A DNA stretch of 64,000 nucleotides. It comes from a candidate division FCPU426 bacterium (GTDB lineage: Bacteria; Oederibacteriota; Muellerivitia; Muellerivitales; Muellerivitaceae). Below the pieces are notes generated by a model. It saw only the letters and a list, made by a program, of their open reading frames with translations, was not told where the DNA came from and made no database searches. The stretch is taken from NCBI GenBank assembly GCA_963738405.1, contig CAVTWJ010000011.1, positions 27,903 to 91,902 on the forward strand, read 5' to 3'. Position 1 is the stretch's first letter; each line of letters begins with the position of its first letter. Positions 55,856-64,000 of the stretch are shown piece after piece. The position numbers were made by a program, and so were the translations under genes.

Positions 55856-56185
55856 ATGAAAGAAACCATCACCTACCGTCCAACGATTGAGCCGGATAAG
55901 ATCGGCCGGATTATCAAGAAGCTCCATTACCCCAACGTGAACCGCTTTATTGACGAGGCGGTCCGGGAGAAGATAAAAAGGGAAGCTACAAACCCCGTTG
56001 ATGCCAAGACAGACAAAATGCTTTGGGAAATCAGCGAAGTAATAGGCCGGTACAAGAAAACCAACTTTTTAAAACCATCACCCGAATTAGCCCGTGAGAT
56101 TGATGAGAAGGCCGACGCGATAATGGAAGGCAAGGTTAAGGGAATACCCTGGACAGGCCCCAGGGTAAAGAAAACGAAAAAATAA
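55856..56185 (+). CDS. Ribbon-helix-helix protein (antitoxin-like)
   Basis: N-terminal strand ETITYR, then helices ..IIKKLHYPNVNRFIDEAVREKI (CopG/Arc-like); strong SD. Confidence 0.7.
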   Translation: MKETITYRPTIEPDKIGRIIKKLHYPNVNRFIDEAVREKIKREATNPVDAKTDKMLWEISEVIGRYKKTNFLKPSPELAREIDEKADAIMEGKVKGIPWTGPRVKKTKK

Positions 56186-56197
56186 TCCGATTCTAGC

Positions 56198-56225
56198 TGT
56201 CCACGACGGGGACCCGTCGTGGACA
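56198..56225. repeat. REP-like palindrome, copy 3
   Basis: TGTCCACGACGGGGACCCGTCGTGGACA, 12 nt after the stop codon. Confidence 0.9.
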
Positions 56226-56265
56226 ATATTTCCAACCCATAAATGTTTTCTGAAAGGAATTTAGG

Positions 56266-56697
56266 TTGATTCAAATCCTGGTCATCACTTTAACTTTAGT
56301 GGCTTTTGTGGGGTTGATGTGGCGTCGGCTTCATTTACCGGCACCTTATGGGGATCGTATCTGTCAGGGCAAAGATTGGCGTCGAGCGTTTCCAAATATT
56401 TCCAAGCAGGAAATCCGAAAATTCTTAATTCTCGTTATGAATTCATTTGCCTTCTCGGTTAAAGAGAAATTGAAAGTAAATCCAGACGATAGAGTTATGG
56501 ACATTTACCGGGCCATTAATCCGATTAAAGACATGCCGGACGTACTTGAATTGGAAACCCTAGCCTTGCAGGTGAAGAAGGTTTACAACTTGGAGTTGCA
56601 AAAGATTTGGAATGAGCGAGTGACTTTGGGAAACTTATTCTCTGAATGCTTGATGTCGCAATCGAGAGAAAATAGGCATCGTTTAGCCCGCGACTGA
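56266..56697 (+). CDS. AT-rich hypothetical protein, N-terminal TM, ACP-like C-terminus
   Basis: One TM; C-terminal PDVLELETLALQVKKVYNLEL..VTLGNL resembles acyl-carrier helices but has no DSL serine. Confidence 0.65.
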   Translation: MIQILVITLTLVAFVGLMWRRLHLPAPYGDRICQGKDWRRAFPNISKQEIRKFLILVMNSFAFSVKEKLKVNPDDRVMDIYRAINPIKDMPDVLELETLALQVKKVYNLELQKIWNERVTLGNLFSECLMSQSRENRHRLARD

Positions 56698-56705
56698 GAG
56701 GCAAA

Positions 56706-57161
56706 TTGAAAAGTTCTAAAGACAATTTTGATTTGATTAAGCGGCTTGATTTAATTTGGTATTCTTTTGCCTTTATTTTTCTGGCCGTTGTTACTGACTT
56801 TTTTAAGTTTTCTTCACTCAGTCATTTGGTTTTTACCCCATATATATTTTTGATGGGATTTTTTTCACTGACGTACGGAGCTTTAAAGGTTGTTTTTTTT
56901 AGAAGCGGGAGAGTCCTTAAATTGACCACGTTCGTGAAAATTAGGGGTTGGATCGCCTTCCTCGCTTCAATTATCGCCGCTTTTTGGTGTCTATTCAGTT
57001 TTAATTTTCCTTGGATTTATCGTTTGGCCTATTTTCTGTTCTGTTTATTCTTTGGCTTTCTTAACGGTCTAAGTCTTTATAAAGGTGTGAGTCTTGTCTT
57101 TTTTCATTGGGTTGACAACAAGTACGGAGAATCCATCCGGAAGTTAATATTAAGAAAATAA
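56706..57161 (+). CDS. AT-rich four-TM hypothetical membrane protein
   Basis: Phe-rich hydrophobic helices; GAGG SD before TTG. Confidence 0.65.
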   Translation: MKSSKDNFDLIKRLDLIWYSFAFIFLAVVTDFFKFSSLSHLVFTPYIFLMGFFSLTYGALKVVFFRSGRVLKLTTFVKIRGWIAFLASIIAAFWCLFSFNFPWIYRLAYFLFCLFFGFLNGLSLYKGVSLVFFHWVDNKYGESIRKLILRK

Positions 57162-57168
57162 TGCTATT

Positions 57169-57206
57169 CCCCTTGTCCACGACGGGGACCCTTCGTGGAC
57201 AAGGGG
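57169..57206. repeat. REP-like palindrome, copy 4 (extended stem)
   Basis: CCCCTTGTCCACGACGGGGACCCTTCGTGGACAAGGGG between convergent genes. Confidence 0.88.
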
Positions 57207-57307
57207 TTAAGGGACAAAATATGAAAGACGTTGTTTCGAGAAAAAAACAATTTTTTAGAGAGGAAGTCAGTTCCGGTCGAATTTCAGCGGCTTCCGACGG
57301 TAAAATT

Positions 57308-59140
57308 TTAGGTTGGGAATGTAAGGTATTGACTCGCTCTTTTTTTAATATATTTCCTAGGGGAAGCGCCGAATGTTCTCCGGAAAATAATGGAAAAAGT
57401 ACTGGCCGAAGCGAAACCGCATTCCTGGGCGATCCTTTCCAACTTCATATGCCCCTCTTTCAAAAGAGCTTCCGCTTTCGATAAACGGGCCTTACGCACA
57501 TAATGCCCGAAAGACTGTCCTGAAACTTTCTTAAACCATTTCAGGAATGTTGGCGGCGATAGTTCGGCTCTTTGGCTGAGTTTCGAAAGACGCCAAGGCC
57601 TTTGCGGTTCTTTGTTGATATCCACGAGGATGGCTTTCAACCTCGCGGTGACCGAGGCGTCCTGGGGCTTGTCCTGGTAATGGGCCAAGCTTTCGATGGA
57701 TTCCTTGAAGGCGCTGACGAGGTCTGGAATGGTGTTGGCCGATTCCAACCGAGCCATCAATTCCGACCCGAGAGTCCTTGCGGCGGTTTGACCCACGCCT
57801 GTACGACGCTCGAATTGCTCCAGAAGGACATAAAGGGCAGAAAGCATATAGGCTTTTGTTATTTCCGGCACATAACCGTTATAAAGCAACAGGCCTGTGA
57901 AATTTTCCCGTGCGTGGGCCAGCCGGGTGGGGGAAGAAAGGGCCATGGAAACGCACAGGTCGCGGATAAAATTTTGGATTTTGGGCTCTGACATTTCCGC
58001 GGTTGGGACTGAGTGGGTATTGGCAAAGAGGCTGTCTTTTCCCTCTTGCACTGCCGAGTGAAGGGAAGCAACGGCCTCGTGATAGGACCGTGACAGGTTC
58101 GCCCCTTGAGGCATGATGGACCCGACGCCCGCCACAACACCCATCTGGAGTTTTTGCTCAAGGGTTTTACGAAGGGCCTGTATCTTTTCCCTGATTTCCA
58201 TTCGAGCTTGGGCGGGTGACAGGTGAGGCTTCGCGGAAGTCAAAACGATGGATCCGTAGTCGCCAAGGGGAGAGCACGCGATCTCTCCCCATTCACGGGT
58301 CGTCAAGTAACATTCCTGCTGGAATTTCCGGGCTTGGCAGAGAAGTTCAAATGATCCCGCGTTTATTCCCGGTTTCCTGGGCATGAGGGCCGCCGCAACC
58401 GTCGGAACTCGGCTTACGCCGACCTCTTCCTTGACCCACTGGGGTATGGCATATCCCTTGTCGGGTTTGGAGAAGAATTTTTCCTTTCCGATGGCCCAAT
58501 CCACCCAATAGGGATGTGGCAGTTGCCGAGAAATAACGTCCACCCTTAACCGGTCCAGTTCCAGCCCAATACCCGGTACCCGGTTTTCGGTCGCCCAAAG
58601 CAACAGGAGTTCCAACAAGCGGAGACAGCCTTCCAAACCCTTTCGGTCCAGGACCGGCGAGTTCAAAGCCACCCGGGTAAAGTGCAGGAAATCCCGGTCC
58701 AAGTCCGAACCTTCCACCCCGGTCCAGGCCTTCCACTGCGAGCGGAGATTTTCAACGGTCAGACATTTTTCCAGGACGGGCCCGGAAATCAGGCAGCCCC
58801 TGTACCGGCCCTGGTCATGGAAAGGGACCATGAGGTCGATGTAATCCCCAAAACGCCCGATAAAGGGGCGTTTTTCCTTCCTCGCTTTTTTGAAATTTGA
58901 CCGCATGTAGCGGTCATGACCGGCCGACTTTCCAAAATAAATTCCGAAAGTGGAGGGATAGAGATGACCCTCGCCCGCGAAGAGAAACCACCATTCGGTG
59001 AGCTCGGCATTCACGAAATAACAAGGGCGTCCGATATAACTTTCGAACACGACCTGGAATTTGGAAAAAATTTGAAATTCGTTAAGTCGTTCATTCTGGG
59101 TAAAGTTTTTCCTGGTCATCGGACTTCCTCCCGCGTTCAT
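57308..59140 (-). CDS. AraC-family regulator with long N-terminal (PocR-like) sensor region
   Basis: C-terminal double HTH (LSPPTFLKWFKK..G.SF..YV...RL..A..LL...LERIAQECGF.S...F...FRR.FG.SP..Y); N-terminal DLMVPF..G.YRG.LISGP. Confidence 0.9.
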   Translation of the reverse strand: MNAGGSPMTRKNFTQNERLNEFQIFSKFQVVFESYIGRPCYFVNAELTEWWFLFAGEGHLYPSTFGIYFGKSAGHDRYMRSNFKKARKEKRPFIGRFGDYIDLMVPFHDQGRYRGCLISGPVLEKCLTVENLRSQWKAWTGVEGSDLDRDFLHFTRVALNSPVLDRKGLEGCLRLLELLLLWATENRVPGIGLELDRLRVDVISRQLPHPYWVDWAIGKEKFFSKPDKGYAIPQWVKEEVGVSRVPTVAAALMPRKPGINAGSFELLCQARKFQQECYLTTREWGEIACSPLGDYGSIVLTSAKPHLSPAQARMEIREKIQALRKTLEQKLQMGVVAGVGSIMPQGANLSRSYHEAVASLHSAVQEGKDSLFANTHSVPTAEMSEPKIQNFIRDLCVSMALSSPTRLAHARENFTGLLLYNGYVPEITKAYMLSALYVLLEQFERRTGVGQTAARTLGSELMARLESANTIPDLVSAFKESIESLAHYQDKPQDASVTARLKAILVDINKEPQRPWRLSKLSQRAELSPPTFLKWFKKVSGQSFGHYVRKARLSKAEALLKEGHMKLERIAQECGFASASTFSIIFRRTFGASPRKYIKKRASQYLTFPT

Positions 59141-59359
59141 CAGAGTTTAAAGCCGTTTAGTGGAACGTGTTAACGATTTTATTATTATAAATCTATTATT
59201 TAATCGAAATAAAATCCCTAATTTTTCTTTCCGGTATCCTTTTTACAGTCCTGAATTTTTAAATTTTTTAGCGCGCCGAAATGAAACGGGTCGCGTTGTT
59301 GTTCCGCTTCGTTTAACGGTTGAAACCCAAAACGTTTTTGATAAGGCGAATTTCTTGAA

Positions 59360-60823
59360 ATGAAATCTCGTTCATTTTCTTTAGCTATAAAAGCGCTCCC
59401 AATTTGGATGGTGCTTGCCTGCTCCCAGGTTTTGGCCCAAACCTACGCTTGGCAAAACGTGGTCGTGCCCGGCGGGGGTTTCGTCTCAGGGCTTGTCTAC
59501 AGCCGAGCCGTCTCGGGTTTAATCTACGCGCGTACCGACATTGGTGGTTTTTATCGTTGGGATAGTCCGACGAGCCGGTGGATTCCCCTGACGGATATGT
59601 TCGGGATCAACCAAGTCACCCTTTTCGGCGGGGAGAGCATCGCCCCGGACCCGGTCAACGCCAACAATGTCTACGCGGCGGCCGGTATGTACGAGGGCAG
59701 CGGAAACGGGGTTATCCTTTCCTCCACCAACCAAGGCAATACCTGGACCATCAATTCCATCCCGGTCCCTATGGGGGGCAACGAAGACGGCCGCCAAGCG
59801 GGGGAGCGGCTGGCGGTGGACCCAAACTTGAACAGTATTCTCTATTTCGGTTCCCGCAGAAACGGGCTTTGGAAAAGCACCAACTCGGCGGCCAGTTGGA
59901 GCCAGGTGACCTCTTTCCCGACGAACGGGGACGCGGGTTACGGCATCAGCTATGAGATTTTCCTTCCGGGTGGAAACCCTGGCACCGGGGCTGAAACTAT
60001 TTTTGTGGGCGTGGATTCCATGAACGCCGGAAACAGCAGCCTGTACCGGTCCACCAACGCCGGAGCCAGCTGGGCCGTGGTCCCCGGAGGGCCCACCAAT
60101 ATGATCTCTCCCCACGCCTCCCTGGGAACCGACGGAAATTTGTGGGTGGCCTATGACAGCGGAGGCTATGGTCCCGGCGGGATCACCACCGGCCAAATTT
60201 GGAAACTCAATACCTCGACCCTCGCCTGGACCAACGTAACGCCCGCAATCGGGCCGCCCGCAGGCAACGGGGGTTATGGCGACGTCAGCGTGGACGCCGA
60301 GAACGCCCAGCATGCCATAGCCTCCACACTCGATTGGTGGGGTGGTCCGGACAAGGTCTTCCAGACGGTCAATGGGGGGGCCAGCTGGACGGTCATCGCC
60401 AACATCACCGAGGGTTGGAACGCCGGTCCTTTCTCGGTCTACAACGACAACGGCGCCATTTGGACCTTGGGTTGCGGCACCGAAGCCGGAGGCACGGGTT
60501 GGGCGGGAAACTGCAAGATCGATCCCTTCAACTCCAACAACGCCTTTTACACGTCGGGAGGGGAACCCGGGGGCGGAGGGATTTGGTTCAGCGGCAACAT
60601 CAACGCCGCCGCTCAGCCCGCGGGCGTCACCTGGACTTTCGATACCTATGGGGAGGAAGAAACGGCGCCTATTTTCCTGCCCGCCTCCGCGGCGGGCGGG
60701 GTCTTCTTCAGCGCCGTGGGCGACATCGCCGGTATGCGCTACACCAACGTGGCCCAACCTTCAACCACGGGGGCTTATTGCAACCCGCAGTTCGGCAGCA
60801 TGGCAGGCATCGATTTCGCGGCC
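59360..60823 (+). CDS. GH74 xyloglucanase-like beta-propeller, 3'-truncated by chimeric junction
   Basis: YAWQNV..PGGGFVSG, IYARTDIGG.YRWD..W.PLTD, GGNEDGR..GERLAVDPN, GEEETA, SAVGDIAG; similarity stops after GIDFAA. Confidence 0.9.
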
Positions 60824-60852
60824 GCCGGCGAGGCGCTGGTAGAGATAGGCGG

Positions 60853-63800
60853 GGGACCGGGTGACCTACACCCAGCTGTGGGACCGGGCGGCCCGGGTGG
60901 CGGGCGGCCTGCGAGAAGCCGGGGTGCAGCCCGCGACCCGGGTGGCCCTTCGCCTGCCGAACGGCACCGGCTCCGGGCCCTGGCCTTCTGGGGGACCGTG
61001 TTCGCGGGCGCCGGTGGCATCATTCCGGTGAACCTCCGTTTCATCCCGGAAGAGGTGGCCTACGTGGTGGAGGACTCCGGCGCCGGGTACCTCGTCGAGC
61101 CCGGGGTCCCGCTCCCGGACGGCAGGCCGCTGGCCGTCGAGGATCAAGGGCGCGACGATCTCGCCGTCGTCTGTTCTACGCCCACGGCACGACGGGGTTC
61201 CCCAAGGGCGCCATGATGATCTCCACGAAAATTTCCTCTCCAGCATCGAGACCGTCATCCGCTGCGTGGCGCTCGATCGCACCGAAGAGTGGCGGACGCT
61301 CATCTCAGTCCCGTTGTTCCACGTCACCGGATGCAATACCCAGATGCTGACCACGACCGGCCTCGCCGGGACCTCGGTCATCATGCCGGCCTTCCACGTG
61401 AAGCAGTTCCTCCAGGGCAATCCCCGAGGAGCGTATCTGGTTTCTGGTGGCGCAGGCCCCGCCATCTACTGGCTGGCGATGAACCACGCTGAGCTGGCCG
61501 AGACGGACGTCTCGACCGTGCGCTCGCTCAACTACGGCGGCGCGCCCATCGCCCCGCACATGGTGACCCGCATCCAGGAGGCCTTCCCCGGGGCCCCAGC
61601 ACGCAACGGGTTCGGCCTCACCGGATAACGACGTCAATCGCCACCTACCTGCCCCACGAGTGGGCGGCCAGGTCACGCCGCGCTTGCAGCAGCTCGATTT
61701 CCATACTCACAACCTGATGGAAGATGTAAAGAAGGTCGGGCCTAACTTGAAGGACATCCGCCTCAAGCTGAATGAGAACTGGATTCCGGTGTGGCTGAAG
61801 AAGCCGACTGATTTCCGCCCGACAACCAAGATGCCGAACTTCCGCCTGAGCGAGCATCAGATCCAGACGATCACCGCTTACCTCTGGCAGTCGGCACTCA
61901 CCGATGCCCTGCCCAAGCAAAAGCCGGGCAACGCGGACCATGGCAAGGAGCTTTTCGAAACCGCGGTTGCCTGCCTGCCACTCGATTGGCGAGGGCAGCC
62001 AGATGATGGGCGGCACCTTTGCCGCCAATCTCACTCGCGAAGGCGAGAAGGCCAACTACGATTACCTTGTCCGCTGGATTCACAACGCCCGCGAGCGCAC
62101 CCGGCCCTACTGCCCGTACGAAAAGAAAGATATCGGTCCAGAGGACTACGCCAAGAAGGGCCTGCCCTTCGTCTTCGATCTGCAGCACAGCCAGTGCCCC
62201 AATGACGGCCACGAGCTGCAGGTGCAGAACATGACGGTCATGCCCAGCCTCCGCTTGAGCTGGGAAGACGCGCAGGATATTGCCAGCTTCCTGATGACCC
62301 AGAAAGAAAAAGATCAGTCTTCCTACGCGGCAGCTTCCTACATGGACGATCCCAAGCTGAAGGAAGAAGGCGGAGACGTCGAGTCGCCAGTTCGGTTGTG
62401 CAGCAATACGGCCCTTTATGTACATCTAACTCTCCACTTTTCAGTTACGTATTGCTGCACAACCGAACTGGCGAAAATCCCTGCTCTTCCTTCAGCTTCG
62501 GGATCGTCCATGTCAGAGAGCTGCCGCGTAGGAAGACTGATCTTTTCTTTCTCGGTAATCCCGAAGCTGGCAATATCCTGCGCGTCTTCCCAGCTCAAAC
62601 GAGGAGGCTGGGCATGACCGTCATGTTCTGCACCTGCAGCTCGTGGCCGTCATTGGGGCACTGGCTGTGCTGCAGATCGAAGACGAAGGGCAGGCCCTTC
62701 TTGGCGTAGTCCTCTGGACCGATATCTTTCTTTTCGTACGGGCGATCAGGGGAGGGAGCGCTAGCGGGCGTTGTGAATCCAGCGGACAAGGTAATCGTAG
62801 TTGGCCTTCTCGCCTTCGCGAGTGAGATTGGCGGCAAAGGTGCCGCCCATCATCTGGCTGCCCTCGCCAATCGAGTGGCAGGCGAGGCCGATCGCGAGCT
62901 TCTAAAAGCTCCTTGCCATGGTTCGCGTTGCCCGGCTTTTGCTTGGGCAGGGCGTGGGTAGGTGCCAACTGCCAGAGGTAAGCGGTGATCGTCTGGGACT
63001 GATGCTCGCTCAGGCGGAAGTTCGGCATCTTGGTTGTCGGGCGGAAATCAGTCGGCTTCTTACCCACGCCGAATGCAGCTTCTCGTTTCGGCTTGAGGCG
63101 GGGGGATCCTTCAAGTTAGGCCCGACCTTCTTTACATCTTCCATCAGGTTGTGGAGTTCGGAAATCGAGCTGCTGCAACCGCGGCGTGACCGGCCGCCCA
63201 CTCGTGGGGCAGGTAGGTGGCGATTAACGTCGTCTCGGTGAGGCCGAACCCGTTGGGGGGGGCACCGGGGAAGGCCTCCTGGATGCGGGTCACCATGTGC
63301 GGGGCGATGGGCGCGCCGCCGTAGTACCGACCAGCACCAGGTCGGACGCGCGTCTTCGGCCAGCTCAGCGTGGTTCATCGCCAGCCAGTGGATGGAGGAC
63401 GTCGGTGAGGAGAAACGAGATACGCTCCTCGGGGATTGCCCGGAGGAACTGCTTCACGTGGAAGGCCGGCATGATCGCCGAGGTCCCGGCGAGGCCGGTC
63501 GTGGTCAGCATCTGGGTATTGCATCCGGTGACGTGGAACAACGGGACTGGGATGGAGCGTCAGCCACTCTTCGGTGCGATCAGCGCCACGCAGCGGATGA
63601 CGGTCTCGATGCTGGAGAGGAAATTTTCGGAAATCATCATGGCGCCCTTGGGGAACCCCGTCGTGCCGCTGGTGTAGAAGATGACGGCGAGATCGTCGCG
63701 CCCTTGATCCTCGACGGCCAGCGGCCTCCCGTCCGGGAGCGGGACCCCGGGCTCGACGAGGTACCCGGCGCCGGAGTCCTCCACCACGTAGGCCACCTCT

Positions 63801-64000
63801 TCCGGGATGAAACGGAGGTTCACCGGAACGACGACCGCGCCCGCGAGCACGGTCCCCCAGAAGAGCCAGGCCCCCCGGTGAGGTTGCCGGTCGGCAGGCG
63901 GAGAAGGGCCACCCGGTCGCCGGGCTGCACCCCGGCTTCTCGCAGGCCGCCGCCACCCGGGCCGCCCGGTCCCACAGCTGGGTGTAGGTCACCCGGTCCC
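60853..64000. other. Fold-back (template+complement) chimeric artefact carrying frameshifted acyl-CoA ligase (~60830-61665) and c-type cytochrome (~61670-62395) fragments and their reverse-complement copies
   Basis: 60853 onward is the indel-ridden reverse complement of the sequence ending at 64000. YTSGTTGFPKG and YGGAP adenylation motifs; CHS heme-motif remnant; abrupt GC rise. Confidence 0.93.
62402..62456. other. Oxford Nanopore ligation adapter remnants
   Basis: TTCAGTTACGTATTGCT at 62440-62456 and its complement AGCAATACG at 62402-62410, exactly at the symmetry centre. Confidence 0.95.

Noticed and set aside
53965..57206. CRISPR array or integron attC sites
   Set aside because: Spacing is 0.7-1.5 kb with whole genes between repeats; no cas or intI genes; no RYYYAAC/GTTRRRY boxes.
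59329..59338. AAAACGTTTT as a LacI operator upstream of GH74
   Set aside because: A short AT-rich palindrome, likely by chance; I did not see it upstream of the other CAZyme genes.
59360..61216. 618-aa GH74/acyl-CoA ligase fusion ORF
   Set aside because: The junction coincides with the start of the adapter-containing fold-back artefact.
60853..64000. Giant inverted repeat as hairpin telomere, invertible element or transposon
   Set aside because: A nanopore adapter sits at the centre and the arms carry read-type indel errors.

Overview
Bacterial, apparently diderm, chromosomal window. 1-25.8 kb: housekeeping genes (yicC-gmk-rpoZ-coaBC, family-4 UDG, gltX, tRNA-Gln(CTG)) interleaved with large secreted Thr-rich proteins. 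Eight proteins in the window end in a FlgD-Ig / T9SS type-A-like C-terminal domain (CTD). Three of these are each followed directly by their own PorV/PorQ-like beta-barrel gene. One CTD sits on the membrane anti-sigma factor of an ECF sigma pair, and one cargo/barrel pair is translationally coupled to a membrane RsbW-kinase/SpoIIE-phosphatase hybrid followed by STAS and TPR genes. 35.6-53.1 kb is bounded by a diverged ~100-bp duplicate of a gene 3' end. It encodes the ECF pair, a PA14-CBM9-like protein and three large enzymes (clan-A GH, GH62, PQQ-like propeller) on a shared malectin-linker-CBM3-CTD chassis, near-identical in DNA between two of them. 53-57 kb holds a Phd-PIN toxin-antitoxin pair, hflX, a candidate novel RelE-like/RHH pair and AT-rich orphans separated by four copies of a 26-bp palindrome. 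An AraC regulator is divergent from a GH74 gene. From ~60.83 kb the sequence is an artefact: a fold-back chimera with an Oxford Nanopore adapter at its centre. All calls come from motif recognition by eye; no database searches were run.
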